Origin: Bryobacteraceae bacterium
GTDB lineage: Bacteria > Acidobacteriota > Terriglobia > Bryobacterales > Bryobacteraceae
Assembly (NCBI GenBank): GCA_035569875.1
Contig: DATMMD010000175.1
Coordinates: 7,654 to 71,653, forward strand
Reading direction: 5' to 3'
Length of the DNA stretch: 64,000 bases
Shown here one piece after another: positions 27,492-37,130 of this stretch. A program made the translations under genes and the position numbers. The stretch's first letter is position 1. Every line of letters begins with the position of its first letter. Below the pieces are notes generated by a model, which made no database searches, was not told the origin of the DNA, and worked only from the letters and a program-made list of their open reading frames with translations.

Positions 27492-28337
27492 ATGCAGTCC
27501 AGGGAAGCGACAGTTACTATTCCCGTCCTTCAGCAGATGAAGCCGGCCAGGCAAAAGATCGTCGGAGTGGTGGCCTGGGATTTTCAGATCGCGCAGATTG
27601 TTGACCGCGCCGGCGTGGACATCGTTTCGGTGGGAGATACGGTAGGAACCAATTTGTGGGGCCACCCGAGTCCGCTGGCTGTCACGATGGAAGAGATGAT
27701 CGTCGTCTGCAAGGCGGTTCGCCGTGGAGTCAAACGAGCTATCGTGAGCTGCGACATTCCTTTCGGTCCGCTCCAGGAGGGCATCGACAACGCGTTGCGG
27801 GCGGCTGTGCGGCTGGTGAAGGAGGCGGGCGCGGACATGATCAAATTGGACGGCGCGGCGGATTTTCCGGAGGCGGTGAGCGTAATTGCCCGCGCGGGTA
27901 TACCGGTCTTCGCGCAGTTTGGGATCACGCCCCAAACTGCTCTACAATACGGCATCTCATACGGCGATATATCGAAGCCAGACGCGCAGGTGCCCGCGGT
28001 CATGACGGCAAAATTCGTGGAGGAGGCCAAGCGACTGGAAGGCGCGGGCGCATCGCTTCTCGACTTTACGCTGTCCGGCCCGGTGGCAGGCCCCGCGGTC
28101 GTTGACGCCGTTTCGATTCCTGTAATCGGTGGGCTCGGCGGTGGCCCATGGCTTGACGGACGGATGCGAATGGTGCACGCCGCGATCGGTTATGCGGCGA
28201 GCGCGATCGATTCGAAGACCGAGACCTACGCCAATGTCGCCCGGATCACGCTGGACGCCATCGCGTCGTATGCCGTGGATGTCCGCGCCGGGCGCCAGAT
28301 CAAAGGTGGCATTGTCGTCACACCGGCGATCCCTTGA
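27492..28337 (+). CDS. 3-methyl-2-oxobutanoate hydroxymethyltransferase (PanB) family protein
   Basis: VGDTVGTNLWGHPSPLAVTMEEMIVVCKAVRRG...CDIPFG...GADMIKLDG...GIPVFAQFGITPQ matches the PanB pattern. Confidence 0.75.
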   Translation: MQSREATVTIPVLQQMKPARQKIVGVVAWDFQIAQIVDRAGVDIVSVGDTVGTNLWGHPSPLAVTMEEMIVVCKAVRRGVKRAIVSCDIPFGPLQEGIDNALRAAVRLVKEAGADMIKLDGAADFPEAVSVIARAGIPVFAQFGITPQTALQYGISYGDISKPDAQVPAVMTAKFVEEAKRLEGAGASLLDFTLSGPVAGPAVVDAVSIPVIGGLGGGPWLDGRMRMVHAAIGYAASAIDSKTETYANVARITLDAIASYAVDVRAGRQIKGGIVVTPAIP

Positions 28338-28364
28338 ATTGATCAGATCGCAAGTGCCTCCGCG

Positions 28365-28652
28365 AAAATCGACGGCATCACGACACGTTACGAGGTGGTT
28401 GGCTCGGGCCCGCCCGTGCTGATGTTCGCTCCCGGCGGCTTCGACGCGAGATTGGAGCAGTGGACCACCCTTGGCGTATACGCCCGCACCAGGCTGCTGG
28501 GCCACTTGTCCGGAAGGTACACCTGCATCATCTTCGACCGCCGCGAGTGCGGTGAGTCGGGCGGCCGCATCGAGCGTGTGACATGGCCTCATTTCGCGGC
28601 ACAGGGCAAGGGGCTGCTGGATCATCTGAGCATCGAGCGGGCGCACCTCGTA
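28365..28652 (+). pseudogene. Alpha/beta-hydrolase gene fragment with no proper start, truncated before the nucleophile elbow
   Basis: KIDGITTRYEVVGSGPPVLMFAPGGFDA...LLDHLSIERAHLV then diverges into LPTIT-stop. No ATG or GTG precedes the first beta-strand. It ends 45 nt before the tRNA-derived fragment. Confidence 0.65.
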
Positions 28653-28680
28653 CTACCGACGATTACTTAGGCTTACTTGA

Positions 28681-28714
28681 GTTGCCACTCGTGCCTGTGG
28701 TTGCAATTAGTTGC
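28681..28714 (+). repeat. GTTGC(A/C) motifs (starts 28681, 28700, 28710) including AATTAGTTGC (28705-28714)
   Basis: Read directly. The same 10-mer occurs at 52-61. Confidence 0.6.
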
Positions 28715-28767
28715 CAGCACTCGGTGCGTTATGAGCCCAACGAACTACCAGACTGCTCCACCACGCA
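28698..28767 (-). other. tRNA-Met-derived fragment: the 5' half (28728-28767, 38/40 identical to 9426-9465) is fused to non-tRNA sequence ending in GCAACCA
   Basis: Reverse complement is TGCGTGGTGGAGCAGTCTGGTAGTTCGTTGGGCTCATAAC followed by GCACCGAGTGCTGGCAACTAATTGCAACCA. It has no T-arm and its acceptor pairing is broken. Confidence 0.75.
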
Positions 28768-28787
28768 CAATCACTCTAACGCAGGGT

Positions 28788-29366
28788 TCATGGCTCGTCA
28801 AACTCCAGCTTTAGATTTTCGCTCTCGACGGCGGCGACCGCTGGATAAGTCACATCGGAACCATGCAATTGGGCGAATGGCGTCAGTGTATGAGGCCTGG
28901 ATTGCTTGGCGCTCAATATCTCACTCACCGGAATTCCTCTTGCCATCAAGGCGTCGGCAATCAGCGACCGGTGGCAGCGCCACGGAACCGCTTCAGCGCA
29001 CATGATGGCGGTCGAGCCTTGACCGGCGAACTCGATCAGCTTTTCCAGGTTTTCGCGGAACTCGGGCGTCTGCATGTAGTCCGCGAAACCCCGAAACGAG
29101 GCGTTCCGCCAGCCCGTGTTGCTGGAATCGCGCTTGGCATGACGAAGCCCACCCAGGCCGGGCATGTGCCGATAGATAATTCCCGCCGGCGGCAGGGTGG
29201 CCGATAGGTTCTCCTTATTGAACTGGGGAACGCGCCGTGAACGCGGCATCGTTCTCACGTCTACCAGCTGCCGGATGCCATGCGCTTCGAGGATGCCAAT
29301 GAAATCGCCGATCGGATGAGTCGAATGCCCGACCGTGGCGATCGAGAGTCGCAAATCCGACGCCAC
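28788..29366 (-). CDS. DUF488 family protein
   Basis: TVGHSTHPIGDFIGILEAHGIRQLVDVRTMPRSRRVPQFNKENL...AIMCAEAVPWRCHRSLIAD matches the DUF488 pattern. Confidence 0.8.
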   Translation of the reverse strand: MASDLRLSIATVGHSTHPIGDFIGILEAHGIRQLVDVRTMPRSRRVPQFNKENLSATLPPAGIIYRHMPGLGGLRHAKRDSSNTGWRNASFRGFADYMQTPEFRENLEKLIEFAGQGSTAIMCAEAVPWRCHRSLIADALMARGIPVSEILSAKQSRPHTLTPFAQLHGSDVTYPAVAAVESENLKLEFDEP

Positions 29367-29367
29367 G

Positions 29368-31083
29368 CTACTTCAACAATTGAGGCAGCACCGGCAGCGG
29401 TACCGCGCTCTCTTTCAGCGCCGCATCATGGAATTCAGACAATTGAAACGCCGCGCCTTTACGCTTCTTGTAATCCTCGTGCACATCCAGCCAGCCGCGC
29501 CATCCGATGAAATACATGGGCAACTGGCACGACGACAACTGCGCCCGCTGAATCTTAGCCGTGGCTTCCTCTTTCTCCTGGAAAGTGTCGTTGATCATCA
29601 GGTCGAGCGCCTGCTGCTCGGTCATCCCCATGGTCTGCAGCCGGATATCGAGAATCGCATTGGCGATCGATCGCAGCAATTGCTTCATCAGAGTCAACCG
29701 CAGCTCGACGCTGTTGTTCAGATAGCCTTCATCCGACATCAGCTGCTGCGCATAGACGGCCCAGCCTTCGACGTAAGGTCCGTTGCCATAGATGTTACGC
29801 AGCACGCGCCGCGTCTTCGGTTCGAGGTTGTTGGCGATCTCCAACTGCACATAATGCCCCGGCATGGCTTCATGGATTGTAATCTCCTGCAGCCCGTAAT
29901 AGTTGTACTCCCGTAGCTTCGATTCGATTCGATCCTTCGGCCAATTGGCAGGAATCGGCGTGACCCAATAAAACGCGCCTAGTTGTGGTTCCAGCGCGGG
30001 AGCCGCATTGAAACCCGCCACGGCGTATATTCCGCGCATGAACTCCGGCGTCGGGATTACCTGCAGATTGCTCCGCGCAGGCAAGGTGACCAAGTGTTTT
30101 TCGCGGACGAACTTGGTTGCTTCTTCCAGAGTTTTCCGCGCCTGGTCCATGAACGTTTCCGGGGTAGCGTGCTGCTGCGCGATTTTGTCCAGCGCCTGCT
30201 GAACCGTGCGCGGCGCCGCCAGCTTGACCATCTGCTCCCGCATATCCTTCAGAGCAGCTTCGGCCTCCGACAAAACCTGGTCCGGGGTCTTTCCCGAAGC
30301 CAGAGTGTAACGGAACTTGGGATCGTACTTGTCTTTTCCCAACCGCCAATCGCTGGTCCGGCGAGACAGGTCGTCTTTCAGATACTTGCTGAAACCGCGC
30401 AACGCATCCAAAGCCGATACAGCCGCGCGGTCGAAATCGGTCTTCGAAGCCGCCGGAACGCGTTCCCGAAGGGTTTTATCGATCAGATCGATATTGCCGT
30501 CGTTCTCCTCCTGGGCCACGCGGTTCCACACTTCCGGAGAATCGCGCAGATTCGCCTTGGCCTGCTGCATCAATTCCGGAATCTTGAACAACCTTTGGAT
30601 GATATGGCGGTAGCGCGTTTCTAGCGGAGCGTATTCAAGCACGAATGGATTGAACAACGCGTTGCCCACTAGTTCCACATACACAGTGGGGTTGTGGCGA
30701 AAGCTTTGGATTCGATTCAGATCTAGCAGCGCCAGCTCAACCTGGTTCTGCACGATCTGATAGTCTGCGCGTTCCTCCGGCGCGAGTGTTTCCGGCTTGA
30801 TCAACGCCAGCCGTTCACGGAAGCCCGAATAAAATTGCCGCTGATCCTGGATCCCGCCAGGACTGTAATCGTCCAGCTTTTCATCCAGCCGGATGCCTTG
30901 ATATTCGTGATAGCCCGCCGCAGTCGAAGAGACCGGTGACAAAGCCAGGGACCCGTATACGAAATCCTCGCTTAGTTTCGAAAAGTCCTGCCGCTCGCCT
31001 GGCATTTTGCAACCTGGCATGAATACCGCAAGCACGAGGCCAAATAGGCACAGCATCGCGTTGCGCGGTCTATGCGGTCGCAT
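29368..31083 (-). CDS. DUF885 family lipoprotein (metallopeptidase-like HExxH)
   Basis: Lipobox LAVFMPGC. The ITIHEAMPGHYVQ motif is typical of DUF885. Confidence 0.8.
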   Translation of the reverse strand: MRPHRPRNAMLCLFGLVLAVFMPGCKMPGERQDFSKLSEDFVYGSLALSPVSSTAAGYHEYQGIRLDEKLDDYSPGGIQDQRQFYSGFRERLALIKPETLAPEERADYQIVQNQVELALLDLNRIQSFRHNPTVYVELVGNALFNPFVLEYAPLETRYRHIIQRLFKIPELMQQAKANLRDSPEVWNRVAQEENDGNIDLIDKTLRERVPAASKTDFDRAAVSALDALRGFSKYLKDDLSRRTSDWRLGKDKYDPKFRYTLASGKTPDQVLSEAEAALKDMREQMVKLAAPRTVQQALDKIAQQHATPETFMDQARKTLEEATKFVREKHLVTLPARSNLQVIPTPEFMRGIYAVAGFNAAPALEPQLGAFYWVTPIPANWPKDRIESKLREYNYYGLQEITIHEAMPGHYVQLEIANNLEPKTRRVLRNIYGNGPYVEGWAVYAQQLMSDEGYLNNSVELRLTLMKQLLRSIANAILDIRLQTMGMTEQQALDLMINDTFQEKEEATAKIQRAQLSSCQLPMYFIGWRGWLDVHEDYKKRKGAAFQLSEFHDAALKESAVPLPVLPQLLK

Positions 31084-31996
31084 GGATCTTCTCCAGATCG
31101 GCCGCTTCGCCGAACTTCGAGCCTTGAAGCTCGGAGTTAATGTTACGAAGCAATCCGGTCAGTACTCCTCCCGCGCCCACTTCAATGAAACGAGTCGCAC
31201 CTTCGCCGGCCAGCTTTCGGACCCCTTCCGCCCAACGCACCGGGTTCGGCACCTGTTGGTATAGACCTTCTCGTGCCTCCGCACCCGTCCGGATCAGCCG
31301 GGCCTGCCAGTTATTGACCAACGGAACGGCTAGATCGCGGAAACTGGTCGAATTCAAGTCGGCGGCTAACCTCGCCTGTGCGGGCTTCATCAAAGAACAA
31401 TGAAACGGTGCACTTACTGGCAGCAGCAGGGCGCGTTTGGCTCCCGCTGCCTTGGCCAACTCGATGGCTCTCGCGACCGCCCCGGCATGTCCCGCGATGA
31501 CAATCTGATCGGGAGAATTCAGGTTGGCCGCACTCACTACCTCGCCTTGGGACGCCTCGGCTAGGATGGAATCGAGTTTTCCTTCCGGCAATTTCAGAAG
31601 CGCCGCCATGGCGCCGACTCCTGGCGGGACCGCCTCCTGCATGTACCGGCCGCGCCTGCGAACCAATCGCAGCGCGTCGGCAAAATCGAGTCCACCCGCC
31701 GCCACTAATGCCGAATATTCGCCTAAGCTATGCCCGGCTACGTAGTCGGGTGTCATTCCCTGATCGGCGAGAACGCGGAAAGCGGCAATAGAAACCGTGA
31801 CAAGCGCCGGCTGCAAGTTCTCCGTTAGCTGGAGTACTTCCGCTGGTCCCTCGAGACAAAGTTTGGTGAGCGAAAACTCCAGCACGCGGTCCGCTTCGTC
31901 GAAGATTTGACGCGCCGTAGAGAAGCCTTCGATTAGACTCTTGCCCATCCCTACGTATTGCGAGCCCTGACCGGGAAAGATAAATGCAATTGCCAT
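31070..31996 (-). CDS. fabD: Malonyl-CoA:ACP transacylase
   Basis: FIFPGQGSQYVGMG and GHSLGEYSALVAAG active-site motifs. Length 308 aa. Confidence 0.92.
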   Translation of the reverse strand: MAIAFIFPGQGSQYVGMGKSLIEGFSTARQIFDEADRVLEFSLTKLCLEGPAEVLQLTENLQPALVTVSIAAFRVLADQGMTPDYVAGHSLGEYSALVAAGGLDFADALRLVRRRGRYMQEAVPPGVGAMAALLKLPEGKLDSILAEASQGEVVSAANLNSPDQIVIAGHAGAVARAIELAKAAGAKRALLLPVSAPFHCSLMKPAQARLAADLNSTSFRDLAVPLVNNWQARLIRTGAEAREGLYQQVPNPVRWAEGVRKLAGEGATRFIEVGAGGVLTGLLRNINSELQGSKFGEAADLEKIHATA

Positions 31997-32123
31997 AAGA
32001 CGATCGAACAGTTTCAGTGTAGCTACTTCTTATGATGTGCAATCTATCACTCCACCACTTTACAAATTTTTTGCAATCCTTTGGCACTCCAGTTGCGTCT
32101 GATTTACTGACGAAGGAGGAGAT

Positions 32124-32324
32124 ATGAACACACCAGCGCAGCCTCGAGCGGCGATGCAGTTCGAATCAAAGGGTTTTGTCTACTGCCCTATTTGTACCCA
32201 CACCGTGGAAGGAACAGTAGTGAGCAATGGGAAAACGGCCAAGGTGAAACCTGGACAAAAGTGTTCCAGGTGCTCGGCCTCGCTCGATCCCGGCTACATC
32301 ATGAGACTCGACCGGGCAGCGTAA
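32124..32324 (+). CDS. Small zinc-ribbon-like protein (66 aa)
   Basis: CPIC...CSRC pairs. A strong AGGAGGAG RBS lies before the ATG. Confidence 0.45.
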   Translation: MNTPAQPRAAMQFESKGFVYCPICTHTVEGTVVSNGKTAKVKPGQKCSRCSASLDPGYIMRLDRAA

Positions 32325-32358
32325 CATTCCTGTTCCGTGTTAACTTAGTCTCAGTAGT

Positions 32359-32580
32359 ATGAAACGGAAACCTCTGCCGATTCCGGAGCCGGTGATCGAC
32401 CAAAAGCTTCTCGAAGAAGCCAAACGGGCGATTCAGGCCGATCAGATCAAGGGATTGGGCAAGTGTTCCGTTTGCGGCGGGGCATGTGCCCCGAATTCGT
32501 CGGAAGCTTTGTGCTGGGTCTGCCGTCGCTTGAAGATCAGCGCTTGGCGCGATTCCGATCAGCAAACCGTTCAGGAGTAG
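32359..32580 (+). CDS. Small Cys-rich protein (73 aa)
   Basis: CSVCGG...CWVC pairs. No clear RBS. The 3' end overlaps the convergent gene. Confidence 0.35.
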   Translation: MKRKPLPIPEPVIDQKLLEEAKRAIQADQIKGLGKCSVCGGACAPNSSEALCWVCRRLKISAWRDSDQQTVQE

Positions 32581-33451
32581 CCAGCGCTCGCTCGTAAAGA
32601 AACGCTCCCGCGGCTACATCTTCCACTCCCAATCCAAGTGATTTAAAAATGGTTATTTGTTTGGCGTCGTAGTGTTGCTGGACATCTTTGAGTTCTACGA
32701 CGTTGGACCAGTGATCCGCCAGCAGCAGATCGCCCGATTCGATTTTGGCTTGCTCGATAGAATCGGCCGCAATCAAATCGGCGCGCCGGATGAGGTCGGC
32801 CGGCAACTCGCGGCGATTGGCGACGTTTGATCCCATCGCATTTATCATCGTACCGGGTTCAATCCAAAGGCTTTCCAGCACTGGATCCTTGGAGTTTGTA
32901 GCCGTCACAACAATGTGGGCGCCGCGGACTGCTTCCTCGGCAGAATCTACAGCGATCGCGGAAGAATTTGCCGCAAACTTACGGCGTTTCTCTTCACTGC
33001 GGCTCCACACCCGTACCGTCTTGATCGCCCGCACGGCTCGCATCGCGTCCAACTGAGTTCGCGCCTGGAACCCCGAGCCAATGATCCCCAAAGTTTCGGC
33101 GCGCGGGTTCGACATCAGATCGGTGGCGTAGCCGCTGGCCGCACCTGTACGAATTTGTCCCAAGTGATTAGCTTCCATTAACGCTAGCGGCTGGGCCGTC
33201 TTCGAATCGTACAGAATGAAGTAGAAGTGCGCGCCATAGCGCGGATTGCTGGAGTAGAACTTGGTTCCAAAGTAACTGCCATAAGCGCCAGCCATGCTAT
33301 GCAACACCGATCCGGTTTCGAGGATCAATCGCCGGCGCGGCTGGTTTTGAGCGCGACCTTGCGCCAGTGCCTCGAATGTTCGGCGCATGACATCGACCGC
33401 CTCGCGCATCGGCAGCAGTTCTTGAACATCAGCCTCAGAAAGATAGAGCAT
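32537..33451 (-). CDS. Ornithine cyclodeaminase / mu-crystallin family protein
   Basis: Family-typical N-terminus, a ...IRTGAASG... segment and a Rossmann motif IIGSGFQA. Confidence 0.8.
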   Translation of the reverse strand: MLYLSEADVQELLPMREAVDVMRRTFEALAQGRAQNQPRRRLILETGSVLHSMAGAYGSYFGTKFYSSNPRYGAHFYFILYDSKTAQPLALMEANHLGQIRTGAASGYATDLMSNPRAETLGIIGSGFQARTQLDAMRAVRAIKTVRVWSRSEEKRRKFAANSSAIAVDSAEEAVRGAHIVVTATNSKDPVLESLWIEPGTMINAMGSNVANRRELPADLIRRADLIAADSIEQAKIESGDLLLADHWSNVVELKDVQQHYDAKQITIFKSLGLGVEDVAAGAFLYERALATPERFADRNRAKR

Positions 33452-33475
33452 CCAGACTGATTGTACGGCGATAAT

Positions 33476-34999
33476 CTAATCCCGCTCAAATACCACCACG
33501 TCTGCATCCCCGAATGGACCCAGCCGTCTCTCGCGCCAGCCTGATAGCTCCCTTCTGGCGGCGAACCATTCGCGCCAAAACCAGACGTTGTGATCCCCGC
33601 CATAAATCACGAAACGATGAGACCTGGCAAGCGTGTCTCGCGATAACTGCGCGGCGTATCTCTCGGCTTCGAGCGACGCTTCAAATGGAAACGGATAAAT
33701 CTTTCCCCGGATCGGGTACACAGATAAATGGGCGTACAGAAACCCCGGAAGGGAGTAATCTGGCTGCCAGACCGGTGGCCGCGCCTCCACGAACGGGCTT
33801 GGACAGATGACTGGCTCTTCGGGTCCCAGGCCGAGATCCTGGATTCTGCCAGCCGCCGCTTTCCAACCGGATTTTTCGTGCATCGGCCAAAAACGCCCCC
33901 ACTGGCCAAGGAACAAAAGTATTCCAGCCCCCAATACCACTGACACGCGCTTCCATTGGACCGGCGGCAAGAACGGAGCGGCGATCGCCGTGGCCATAAG
34001 CGCCGCGCCGGGTAACGCAATGAACATGTAGCGTGGCACAAAAACGGAATTGGCGGTAATCCAGGAAAAACCAAAGAGGCAAAGCGGTTGCAATAACCAC
34101 CAGCACACGATCAACAACAGCGAGCTCCCCGAACAGACCGGCTCGGGATTTTGAGGCCATTGGAACCAGCGAGCCGCCAGGACAGCCAATGTACAGGAGC
34201 CTGCGATTAGCCCCAACTTGATCGCGGAAGTCAGATCCTCGAGCGAGGGAGCCGGACCTATGACATGGGCGCCGGCCTGACGGTTCAGGGCCACCGCAAC
34301 GATCGCCACCGGGAGCAGCGAAGCGCCCAGCAAACCATATATCAACACGGCGTGTCCGGTCCGAACCTTGGTCTCTCCCCGTACCATCCGAGCGATCGTA
34401 TATGCGACATAAACGCCATAGAACGGCCAGTAGACCAAATGGACGCGCCACAACAAGGAAGCCGCCGCAACAAACAACAGCCCGTCCACGACATGCCCGG
34501 AATCCAGCCAGCGAATCAACAGCAGTAGACTCCCCGCCGCGATGCATGTTCCCAGCGCATAAGGCCGGGCGTCCGCGGCCTGGTAGTTGATTCCGCGCAG
34601 CGAAAGGCACGCGAACACTGCGAACCAGCCGGCCTCTGGATTGATAAATCGCGCGGCGAGACGAAAGACAAAGAACAGAGCCGCCGCCATCGCCAGAACC
34701 GAAGGAATGCGGTAGGACACTTCAGAATTGCCGAAGAACCTCGTCAGCATGCCCGGCAGAACGTAATAAATCGACTGGGCCACCTGAGGCGCAACTTGCA
34801 AAGATGCATCCTTGGGGCCGTTATGCACTACAAAAACGGTGGCCATCTCGTCGATCCAAAAGCTGGACGGCAGTGGCATGAGCCACAGTCGTACGACGAT
34901 CAGGGCCAGGATAGTCGGCAGCAGCAGATTCAGTAGACGCGCATGGGCGGGACCCGCGCTCATCACGTCGAGACCGGTGGGCTTTACCACTGTCTGCAA
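33476..34999 (-). CDS. Polytopic membrane protein, ArnT/PMT (GT39/GT83)-like glycosyltransferase
   Basis: More than 10 predicted TM segments followed by a soluble C-terminal domain. The family assignment is by architecture only. Confidence 0.5.
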   Translation of the reverse strand: MQTVVKPTGLDVMSAGPAHARLLNLLLPTILALIVVRLWLMPLPSSFWIDEMATVFVVHNGPKDASLQVAPQVAQSIYYVLPGMLTRFFGNSEVSYRIPSVLAMAAALFFVFRLAARFINPEAGWFAVFACLSLRGINYQAADARPYALGTCIAAGSLLLLIRWLDSGHVVDGLLFVAAASLLWRVHLVYWPFYGVYVAYTIARMVRGETKVRTGHAVLIYGLLGASLLPVAIVAVALNRQAGAHVIGPAPSLEDLTSAIKLGLIAGSCTLAVLAARWFQWPQNPEPVCSGSSLLLIVCWWLLQPLCLFGFSWITANSVFVPRYMFIALPGAALMATAIAAPFLPPVQWKRVSVVLGAGILLFLGQWGRFWPMHEKSGWKAAAGRIQDLGLGPEEPVICPSPFVEARPPVWQPDYSLPGFLYAHLSVYPIRGKIYPFPFEASLEAERYAAQLSRDTLARSHRFVIYGGDHNVWFWREWFAARRELSGWRERRLGPFGDADVVVFERD

Positions 35000-35083
35000 G
35001 GAATATCTCTCCTACATTCCTATTAGTACAACACGCTTCCCGGTTGATCGCTCCAGATTTCTTACGTACGCGAACAGCTGGCG

Positions 35084-36967
35084 CTATTGAATCAGCAGAG
35101 TCACCTGGTTCGATGGCTGACCATCCACGGTGAGTTGCAGCACCCAAGTCCTCGCATCCATTGAAGTAAGCGATGAAGCGAGCGACCTCGGCAATTGGAC
35201 ATTCACCTGATCCACACCTTGATAAGTGCCCTGCGGACCAAGATAGGTTATGGGGGCGTTCACTGCCCCGCCCACCGTGGCAGACGCGCTACCAGCGTTC
35301 CGGATTCCCGTTCCATAGAGCACCAGATATACCGTGTCCGTTTCCGAGCCAAGATCGATCGGCAGCGCAGTGATATTGCCGTCCTGGCCGGTTTGATATA
35401 TCGATTCGAAATTTTGATCGCCATTTTCGCTAACGCGCACGACATTTGCGGCAACCAGATTGTCGGAGTTTACAACGAATATCCCGGGCGCTCGCTCTAC
35501 GATGTCGATCTGCCCGCTGGCCGTTACCTTGCCATTCGCGCTAATACTGACAGTGGCTGGTCCTGGAGCCGTATCAGCAGGGATTACGTAGTTCACCTGT
35601 CCCGGCGAGACATAGTAAAGCTGCGCCGGCCGGACTGCGCCCGCCGAGTCGGTCACGGATACTGTCGCTCCGCCGAGCGATATTGGCAGTGTTCCCGTGG
35701 CCTGCAGGGATTTCGCCGCCAGGTTTTGACCGAAAGCGCTCACGATGCTTCCTGGCGCCAGGGGTCCTAAACCATAGCCCGCAGCCGATACGTTCGCCAG
35801 AGCCGGCAGAGGCCACACTGCCCGCGGCAATATCACGCCGTTCCCGGCGATTTGCATGCCGTCGGTCGTCTCGAAATAGTTAGTGCCGGCAAAACCCATC
35901 ACACCGGTACCGGTGAAATCGGCAAGCGCCAAGGCGCCGCTGTTACCTGAGCCCCGAAACGACCGTCCGTTTACGAAGGTTCCGTCCCCTTGCCCCGCAA
36001 AGAACACCAGACTCGAAAGTCCCTCGACCAAATCAACACGCCCGTCGCTATTCAAGTCCATCGCCACCAGCGCGCCGAACCCGGTTGTCTCCAGGCCTGG
36101 CGAAGCCCGAAATGTCCCATCGCCCCTACCCAGTAGAATCGTCACGGTTCCCTCGGCGGGATTACTTCGTGACTGTCCGGAAACCGCCAGATCGAGCCGG
36201 CCGTCGCCGTTGAAATCACCCGCCGCGATCCCTGGCGCGAAGTTCCACGGCTCTCCGTTCGATGTAACGGCTTTGAAATTCGCCGTGCCATCATTCAAAA
36301 GCACGGTCAATCCCCCGCCCTCTGCAGCCGCCACATCAGGCTTTCCGTCGTGGTTGAAATCGCCGATGGTAAGCACCGCCCAAGGGGTGAATCCCAAAGT
36401 GTACGAGTTGCCCATGCCGAACGTGCCATCTCCGTTTCCCGGCAGGATCGCGAGATACGCCCCAACTGGTATCAGGAAACCGCCGATCAAGCAAGTGACA
36501 GCCAGGTCAGGAGTACCGTCGCCATTAAGATCCGCCAGCTGGGCATCCGTAACCTGTGCGCAGCCGGAAACCGGCAGCGGGGGCTGAAAGGTGCCGTCGC
36601 CATTGCCGAGCAACACCACTGGTCCGGAAAAAACTGCGCCTTGGGTCGACGGAAGGGCCCGGGCGCAAGTCACCACCAGATCGATTTTGTGATCACCGTT
36701 CAAGTCCGCGGCCAAGACCGATTGTGGCGCCAGCGCGCCCAGGCTAAGAGGCGCTGCCGCGGTGAATCCGCCCATTCCATCGTTGAGAAGAATCGTTAAC
36801 GAATTGGAGCCGAGATTCGCGATAACCAGGTCGGGCCGGCCATCGCCGTTTAGATCCGCCGCCGCGAGTCCGCCAGGATTTATTCCCGTTGGATATGTCA
36901 CATAGGCGAATTGAGCCTGCAAAACCGCAGCCAGTCCAAGAAGCCAGCCCCACCGCAAACCCCGCAT
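35084..36967 (-). CDS. Secreted FG-GAP/VCBS repeat protein with a Solibacter-type C-terminal domain
   Basis: Signal peptide MRGLRWGWLLGLAAVLQA. Multiple DLNGDG.PDL.. repeats. The C-terminal region (...APGSIVSAFGQNLA...PAQLYYVSPGQVNYVIP...GVDQVNVQLP) resembles the 'Solibacter uncharacterized C-terminal domain', which I recall as TIGR03437. Confidence 0.7.
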   Translation of the reverse strand: MRGLRWGWLLGLAAVLQAQFAYVTYPTGINPGGLAAADLNGDGRPDLVIANLGSNSLTILLNDGMGGFTAAAPLSLGALAPQSVLAADLNGDHKIDLVVTCARALPSTQGAVFSGPVVLLGNGDGTFQPPLPVSGCAQVTDAQLADLNGDGTPDLAVTCLIGGFLIPVGAYLAILPGNGDGTFGMGNSYTLGFTPWAVLTIGDFNHDGKPDVAAAEGGGLTVLLNDGTANFKAVTSNGEPWNFAPGIAAGDFNGDGRLDLAVSGQSRSNPAEGTVTILLGRGDGTFRASPGLETTGFGALVAMDLNSDGRVDLVEGLSSLVFFAGQGDGTFVNGRSFRGSGNSGALALADFTGTGVMGFAGTNYFETTDGMQIAGNGVILPRAVWPLPALANVSAAGYGLGPLAPGSIVSAFGQNLAAKSLQATGTLPISLGGATVSVTDSAGAVRPAQLYYVSPGQVNYVIPADTAPGPATVSISANGKVTASGQIDIVERAPGIFVVNSDNLVAANVVRVSENGDQNFESIYQTGQDGNITALPIDLGSETDTVYLVLYGTGIRNAGSASATVGGAVNAPITYLGPQGTYQGVDQVNVQLPRSLASSLTSMDARTWVLQLTVDGQPSNQVTLLIQ

Positions 36968-37130
36968 TTCTGACCCGATTCTACCTAAACGCAGCGGCCT
37001 GTTGATCACCTAAAGGAAGCGATGTAAACTCCTGTAGTTACCAAAAGGGAACCCTCCATACTCCAGAAGCCGCACAGAAACAGTCTCGCGACAACGGCGG
37101 ACCTGCGGCGAAACGTGCTCTACTCTTTCT

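Larger units (their letters stand above)
9466..28767. mobile_element. Candidate decayed genomic island bounded by tRNA-Met and a copy of its 5' half
   Basis: An integrase pseudogene and an excisionase sit next to the tRNA. The catabolic cargo has truncated genes at both ends (11338 and 28652). The repeat polarity (5' half rather than 3' half) is atypical. Confidence 0.35.

Noticed and set aside
27072-28646. Long minus-strand ORFs 27072-27935 and 27957-28646
   Set aside because: They are antisense to the decarboxylase-like and PanB-like genes, both of which have recognisable family motifs.
33681-34610. 309-aa alternative-frame minus-strand ORF
   Set aside because: It lies inside the 507-aa membrane-protein gene. 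It is Arg/Gly/Pro-rich and has no TM pattern.
35883-36587. 234-aa plus-strand ORF
   Set aside because: It is antisense to the FG-GAP repeat protein and is Pro/Ser-rich low-complexity sequence.
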